Positions 56,100-64,000 of a stretch of DNA of 64,000 bases are shown in pieces. Within the stretch, counting starts at the first letter, position 1. The number at the start of each line of letters is the position of its first letter. The notes beneath the pieces are model-generated. The model saw only the letters and a program-made list of their open reading frames with translations, was not told the origin of the DNA and did not search any database. A program made the translations under genes and the position numbers. Source of the DNA: Octopus vulgaris (lineage: Eukaryota); NCBI GenBank assembly GCA_951406725.2, contig OX597823.1, positions 74,958,001 through 75,022,000 on the forward strand, written 5' to 3'.

Positions 56100-56790
56100 A
56101 GTAAGTGGGCATTTTGCCTTGACGCTAGGCGATAATATGTCTTCAAAAATTTCAAGTAATTTTCTGAGCACTACATTGATATATTTCTAGATCTATCTTC
56201 TACACAGGTTCTGCAGCTTTGTCCAGTTCAGAAGTGGATCAGAGTATCTCAGTACTGCTATATCTCATATATCTATGGCTTGAAAGTTGTTCCCTCCATC
56301 TCACTTTGTTTCGGGCACCTTTCTAATTTTCATCTTGTACTCTTTAGTGACTTACCCTTCCCCTTTCTCTTTCAGTTATCTTATCGACTCGCAGCACACG
56401 TTGGTATTTGTATTTCTCATTATTCCGAAGTCATCTAATAATGTCTTTTTGTTGCGATATTAAACCATTAGACTTTATCTTCTAGCTGAAGATCTCTTCA
56501 TCATTAGTACTGCGCACTTATCTACGACAAACTGCATTCAGGTGTATTTACTGAATATTCTAACTGTTTGGATAAAAGAAACCAAATGCTTCATGTTTTT
56601 GCATATATTTTAAGGTCAACCATACAATATGGGTGATATAACTTTCAACTTGGATTTCGCAAACTCATAATCAAGCCTGCATTTTCTCAGTATACTTATA
56701 AGAGGGGTTAGCTCTGCACCGAAGTGTAACGGAGAGAGCGAAACACCTTGGAAAATGTCCCAACGTATTTTCCCGTTACCTATCGATTTA
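56100..56790 (-). mobile_element. Old R4/Dong-like RT remnant (possibly continuing to ~58350)
   Basis: Minus strand IFQGVSLSPLH..L.PL, VDLKIYAK and VVDKCA motifs. Confidence 0.55.
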
Positions 56791-57171
56791 TTTGCACACG
56801 TCAGTTCTACTTCTCACACTCTCCTTGCTTTTCACCCAAAAGATGTTTATTTTCTCATTGATTCCGAGCTTCCCCACATATTTAAAGAGCAAGCTGTGTT
56901 GGACATGGAAATGCCAACAGCCGAACGTGCTTGAGATGCAAGCAAGGGATCGAAACCGTTCCGAATGCAATCTTTGAGTGCCTGTACATTACAAACTAGC
57001 GGGCTTTAGTAGTTGTTGAATCGGGTAAGAGGAATCCCGATATTCTTTAATGTTCTAATGTTTCCCTCACACACATACGCACACGCACACATACACACAT
57101 TTATATATATATATATATATATACATATATATACATGCTTGAGACAGGGAATGAGGAAGAGAGAGTGAGAG

Positions 57172-57229
<58 letters not shown>

Positions 57230-60200
57230 ATATTGCAGCAAGTGAAATGTTGACCCACCATCTGACAGCCGGCAAGTTCGAACATTTTGTGACGACACTC
57301 TTATAATTTTCCCCCTTAAAGTAAATAAAACCAGTACTCTTCTGAAAGATTCTGTGATCATTAAATTTAAGACTCAACTACTTTTATAAATGAACTTACG
57401 TAGCTCACAAGCACACATATAAAAACACACACAAACTTATAGATTATACAAGCATTTACGCAATATGATTTTCAGCTATCGAGACTTTCAGTTCCATTGC
57501 GTGTTCATTTTATCGCGTAGTCTATGCTACATAGTAAAGTTCCTGCTTCATTAGATATAATGATTTATTAGGTAAATTTGCTATTCTCAAATAACTTTCT
57601 CATGATGTCACGTTCTTCATGATTATCTTTTTGTGTAGTTATTCTTCATTTCTCATTTAATACGGCATTTATTTATTTATGTTGATAGATTTGCTCTTCA
57701 AATGACACGTTTCTTTAATTATGCCTCGATTATTGCAATTCACATGTTATCTCTTAGCGACAACTCTCAATTTGAAGAATATTTCTTTTCTTCTTATGTA
57801 AACCATTCTACTATGTCTAATATATACTTTTTCTAATTTCGATCCTCCTTATTTACGTATATTTTATTCTTTGACTCGTTCAGGGCGAAAATATTTTTTT
57901 CCATTTGCTTTTCTGTGTTTGTCCCTAATTTTTGTTAACTTCGTTTCTTCGTACTTCAGTGTTTTTCTTAAGTCCAGTTCGAAATTTCTGTACATTTTTT
58001 TTCTTCCAGAAGTTCCTGACATAATTTTACATATACATTAGCCATTTATCAAATTTTCTTTTAGTCTTCCGTGTTTTCTTTATAGCTACCTGATCTGTCT
58101 ATTAGGCATTCATTATTCCTTTTAGTTTATCATTAATCAATTATAAAATTTCCTTCCGGAGATTTCCCTACTCTTCGTTTTTCCTTTCGTCTTATTTCTA
58201 TGGATCTTGTCTTCAAAATTTCCTCTTTCATTATTTACTGTTTGTCCCTTTGTTTTTATTTTTACAAACTTCAATCATGTTTCCTCTCTTAGTGTCTCTG
58301 CAATTTTGTATCACTGGTTTTCCCTATTCTCACACTCCTTATAGTAAATGACTTCTCTTTTTATTTCTAAAGTAACGAGCGAAAATGCGGACCCAACTTT
58401 CATATCGTATTGAAACAAAGGAAATACTTTAAGACATTTAAACCATCGATGAAGTACTTTTTCTGAAGTCGCTACCGATCAGTGCTTTAATATCGATTAC
58501 GTGACATTAAACAAAAACTTAAATACAGTAGTAGATCTATGTGTACTATTGGATTAAAGACAGCGCATTACGGGAGTCTATGTTAGTAACATCAGAGTGA
58601 AGAATATAAATTGAACGAGGTGATTATATGTAAGAAAATACAATTTCATGTTGTGATTCGTTTATTTAAATACACTACACTTTGTGGCTTACCTCACAAT
58701 TTCTAAATGAACTCTTTTATTTATTAAATTTATAAAAGATTGATAAAATCATTCTACATTATGTTTGCAGAAGCAACAATAAATGTTGCTTCTTATGTCT
58801 TAAGGAATGGTTATGACGAATGTGATACAATTTACGCTTTAGCATTAAGTCGTAATTTAGTGCATAGAAGCAAGGTATCCAAATATATTCCTTATCGATA
58901 TTGAATGTTATGAAAACATTTGCAGCTCAATGTTTTATATTCTGGAGGAAACACAAATAGGTGTGATAGAAGTACACTTGTGAGATAATTGGAAATATAT
59001 GTATTTTGAATGATATTCTTATTCAAGATACTAAATTATATGTGTCAAGTCTGCTAATTACTTCAACGTCGTCACAGATAAAGCAACCGCCACAAAATCT
59101 AATTCATTCTTAATCCACTTATGATATTTTCATCCATTGCCCCTCAAGATTAGCTCTCATTTTTAGAAGATTGCAAGTTCTCATGCAAGAAATCTGCTTT
59201 TTTTTATTTTCGGTAAGATGCATAATAAAGTAGTTTTATTCCAGTTGATATAAAGGATTTTTCGTTGAAATTATTTAGTGATAATTGTCTTGTAAATATA
59301 TTGTGTAGTTTGAGACGGTAATATCAGACATGAGTGGAAGCCATTCTATTGAAAATTCAAATAGTGCTGGAGAAGAATTCACTGTTTTTTCAGTAATTCT
59401 AGAATTGTAAAAAAAAAAAAAGAAAAAATAGAAACAACAGACATTTCTTTGTTAATATGTTCCCACTTGTTTTTTTCCCCATTGGTTTATTATTTGACGT
59501 TCTTATATTTTTATTTAGCATTTTAACCTGGTAAATTATTAAGTCCGCTTTGATTGTTACATATAATAGCCTCAACTATTCTATTACTTTTCTATTGTAA
59601 AGATTATGAATGAATTATTATTATATCTTCCGAAGCGATTCACACTGCGCAAATTAAATATAAACATTATTTTTTTTTTCAGTACACACTGACATCTTAA
59701 AAGTTTAAAAGCTAAATAATATAGTCACTATGCATTGAAAAACTGACTGAACATTAAGAGATAATTGTGAGATAATTGGAAATATATGGTTCTAATATAA
59801 TGTTTGATTTATAAGCGCTGAGATGAAATATAAATATTTTCGATTAGAAGTGGATGCAAATGCAAACATTTCTGTCATTTCATTTGTATTATCTAGCATC
59901 TTCAGAAATTGTGATTTGATGAGTCCCGTGCTTTAATGCGAAAAGATTGGAGATAATCTGATATAGAATTTATTCCAGCTTCTTAAATATCAGAGCGTCT
60001 AAATATCTGAATACTTGTTTTAAGGTTACTTAAAAATGGAGTATGAATTAACCATTAGATCAGTCTTTAACAATTCGACTAATGCTGGTGTAACTTTTTC
60101 GTATTTTAACCAGTCTTATGTAAATATTCATAGCATTTATCGTGTAATTATGATGCAAGCACAGTATAAAAAGGATATTTGCGTTTCACTCACACCGTTC

Positions 60201-60442
60201 GGAAATACTATTTATGACCCTATTTTATGTAAAAATAGTTTGTTTTATTTTTAGTAAAATGAAGTGCTTTGATGATCCTGTTTATCGAAATTCACTAACT
60301 GTCGTACTCAATGGTACGCTGGTTTTCACAGCTCTACCATTGCACAAAAGCTGTCTTTTCATAAGCAACGCACTGTCAATTGTACTGTAATCAACCAAGA
60401 GGAATAAGAATGCGTCGAAACTGCCTTGGACATATTTAGTAA

Positions 60443-60668
60443 TAGTGGTTTCAAATTTTGGATCAACGCCAACGATTTAGGAGGAGGGCGTAAGTCGATC
60501 ACATCGACATGCCCCTGTTGTTCAGTTAGTACTTCTTTTCTAGAACTTGAAATGACGAAAGGCAAAGCTGATTTCGGCGAAATTTAAACTCATAACGTAA
60601 AGACGAAATAAATGCTGCTATGCATCTTTCTCATACGTGCTTACGTTTTTCCCAGTTCGTCGCCTTCA
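60443..60668 (-). mobile_element. SINE family B, degenerate
   Basis: Reverse complement of family B (gacgaaaggcaaag..cggcgaaatttaaactc..ccagttcgtcgcc). Confidence 0.7.
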
Positions 60669-61796
60669 TATTTACTATTATTGATAACATTTTAGTAGTC
60701 ACTAAAAGTGTGAAATAAATAAAAAGCTATTGCGTTTGCTTGCTTTATAGAGATTGCAGCTATGATTTAGTGAAATTAATATTGACCTCTGTAGTTTATG
60801 AATAGCACTAAGGGAAAACGTGTTGATAGAAAAACTGTGGTAACTTTCGCTTCGGTACCCTTTATGAGGTAATATGGAGTGTTGTATTGATGAATTTCAT
60901 CTGCTCTTCCAGAATCGTCTCTCAATGAACAGTTAAGGTAAAATCAATTTCGAAATAGGTAATGTCTTCCAGATGTTTAATTACATGAGAACCAAGAAAT
61001 CCTGCGCCTTTCTAACGTGATTAAAATACACTGTTCATTTTTGGTTTGTATTATTTCGGTGAGTGAACAAACCAGTTATAATTAGTAAAATAAATAAAAT
61101 GATTTCACTGATGAAATATTTAATGCGGTATTTATATAATACAAGTCTTAGTTATATCCATGTTGCTGCGTTTCACTTATTATTGCACTATCGGAAATTG
61201 CTACCTAGCATAAAGGTGTGGGCCAATATATAAAGTTTCTGTTGAAGACGACATTATCTTATGTAAATAATACTTTGAATTCTAATCTTACATTCAGAAA
61301 TATTAACCAGTGCGCGGTTATAAAGAAATACTTAGGTTCTATGTTTAAATCAAATGAATGTACATAGAGATGAACTAGTTAGTTTATCTCCATGTGTGTT
61401 TTAAACGTTAGTAAAATAAATGTTTTAAACACTGGAGCGGGATAATGGTTAAGCCGCTGGTGTTTCCCTTTATTTCAACGAATAAGAAACTGGACTTACC
61501 TGTTTTCCTGCATAAGTTAGAATTGTTAAACATTGCGAACACCCACCATAAAAGTAAAAATTCTTATTTGATTATTATGTTTCAATAATTACTGCCATAT
61601 TAAAATCTCTACGTGCAGACGTTTAATGAAACTATTATTTCATTTCATAATTTCATATAAAACTATGAAATGTTTCATATGTAACGTTCATATTCACACA
61701 TACACAAACACATTTCAACGTTCATATTCTCACATACACACTCGCATGAATAATAACGTATATGAGTGAAAATATATAAACATATATTTAGACAGT

Positions 61797-63150
61797 ACAC
61801 AAAGTATTCCATGTATATAGTGGCTATTATCGGTGATAATAGCGAAAACAAAGCTACACCCTCTTCAAGGAAGCGGTTCGGTGGATGACATCCTGAACGT
61901 CTGCATCTCACTATAGGTCTTAATGGAATACCATAATTGTGAATCTTGGGAACACCATACATGTGTGGTAGTTTACTCTAGTGATGAATCAGTTGTCTGT
62001 ACTTCATTGGTGTAAAATTGTCCTTGTTCTTGATCAAGATCTGTGACAACTTCCTCTCTCTTTTCAATCAGTCCATTAGCAGGAAAGTCAACATCGTACT
62101 TGAAGAATCCACGCACTTCACAGAAGTGATCAAGGATACCCCCATTTAATCCAACCAGATGGTATGTCTAGATGTGATAAATCTGTTCAACAAAGTGCCA
62201 ACTGGTGAAGCACTATCGGTGATTCAAGAAAAACTAGTGACAGACATCCATCTAAAAGAACGCACTAGTATATTAATAAGAAAGTTGATGGAAATGACGA
62301 CCTTCTGTGTAGAAACTCTCTATTTCAGTATGGACACTGATATATATCGACAAGAAAAGGGTTTCGCTATGGGTTTGCCATTATCACCGATAGTAGGCAA
62401 TATATACATGGAATACTTTGAGAATTTAGCTTGAGGATCAACACCATTAAAAACTAACCCTGTGGCTGCGATATGTTGATGACACCTTCATATTCTGGCT
62501 TCACCAGGAAGATATCCTGGTGCTGTTAGATCAAGTAAATTCAATAAAACCATCCATACAATTCGTAATGGAAAAAGAAAAAGACAATCAGCTTGCATTC
62601 CTGGACGTATTGAAAACACGCACCAAGTATAGATTCAGTACATCCGTATACCACAAGCAGACCTTCACTGGACGATATCTCAACTTCAAATTCCGCCATC
62701 CATACAGTATAAAGAAGGTGATTGCTCAGTGCCTAAAACATCGAGCAATGAATAAAAGTAGTGATCGTGATGACGACCACGAAGAAATAAAATAATCAAG
62801 CTCAGTAACAAACTATTAAGTAATAACTATCCTAAAAGTATATTCTCCACTCCAATTATGAACGAAAGAGAGGATGAAACCGATAAACTGTCCACAGTCT
62901 ATCTACCCTACGTGAAAGGCCTCTCCGAAAAGATGCAAAAGATATGGGGACCATATGACATCAAGACAGTATTCAAAAGTAATACAACACTTCGCAAATA
63001 TCTCCTTCGAGTGAAACCACCAATAGAAGAGAATATGACAAAGAATTGATTGTACTCAATCTCATGCAGCTGTGGTAAATTATACAGAGGCTAAACATCC
63101 CGCCTCATCAAAATAGGGATAGAGGAACAGCGCAAAGCTGTGACATGGGG
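61797..63150. mobile_element. Penelope/Poseidon-type PLE remnant (RT + GIY-YIG) with inverted 5' segment
   Basis: Plus 62080-63150: LDVINLFNKVP, QEKGFAMGLPLSPIVGNIYMEYFE, WLRYVDDTF, IQFVMEKE...FLDV, YLPYVKGLSEK, YSISCSCGKLY. Minus 61860-62065: HMYGVPKIHNYGIPLRPIV. Minus 61797-61848: LSPIIATIYMEYF. Confidence 0.92.
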
Positions 63151-63540
63151 AGATATTTCGTTGTCTGTCGATTAATGAGAACTAAAACTAAAAACATCAT
63201 GATTAGGAAGATATAAAATAATGCATCAAGATTTACGAGAAATTTTTCATACGATCAACCAAGCAATTTAACATTTTAAATGGAGCAATATTTTAATTTA
63301 ATCTCTCAGTAATTTTTCTTTATAAGGACGCGCGTACACTCACAATTATGTCTTAAGTATATAGTGTGGGTGTTTGTGCACGTATCAGTGTGTACATAGT
63401 ATTACATACACATTGACACATACACTACATCCATACATATACACAGGCATGTGTGTATGAATACATAGCCACTCATATATATATGAAGGCGCATATATAC
63501 ATACATACACACTAACGTATACACCATATATGTATAAATG

Positions 63541-63627
<87 letters not shown>

Positions 63628-64000
63628 CAGGTACATAAGAATATACAAACATTGCCATACATAGGTGATTATATATACATGCGCGTGTTTCTCTATGTGT
63701 GCATGCATTGTCTATAATTCGACATTTTCAATTATCTAGCCGTTGACATTCTCTCATTCAGCCTAGGGAAGTACATCATTATCTCTTCACTTTTTACACT
63801 TACAGACTTTTTATACTTCCTCTCTCACTCCATCACTGTTGTTCTGGGACTCGCTCTCTTTCTTTCTATGGATGCATGCATTTGTATGTTTGTATATTGG
63901 CAGTTAGCTACCTAGCGTACATTAGATTGCACTTCATTAATAACGCTCATCTATGAATACACGGTAAAGAACTGAGATATTGTGAATATAATTCATCAAT

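Overview
Repeat-dense, AT-rich animal genomic DNA. The SINE families and (TA)n/(CA)n landscape suggest a cephalopod (octopus-like) genome; this is inferred, not proven. No intact protein-coding gene is supported, and nearly all listed ORFs are microsatellite artefacts or decayed transposon fragments. The window holds remnants of Tc1/mariner DNA transposons, RTE, R4/Dong and CR1-like LINEs, four tRNA-derived SINE families, a Helitron-like element, and Penelope-like element (PLE) RT and GIY-YIG remnants. The most striking unexplained structure is a set of short non-coding elements from several sequence-unrelated families that sit in or beside (TA)n tracts. They are often head-to-head fold-back duplications and carry type I hammerhead ribozyme (HHR) motifs. 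Five folds look catalytically complete (1602-1643, 2114-2155, 15825-15871, 29438-29503, 50700-50787) and about 8 more are variant or decayed. Many have a palindromic stem III and some have unusually long stem II. I interpret them as TA-targeting, PLE-mobilised, retrozyme-like elements. All folds were derived by eye and need computational and biochemical confirmation.
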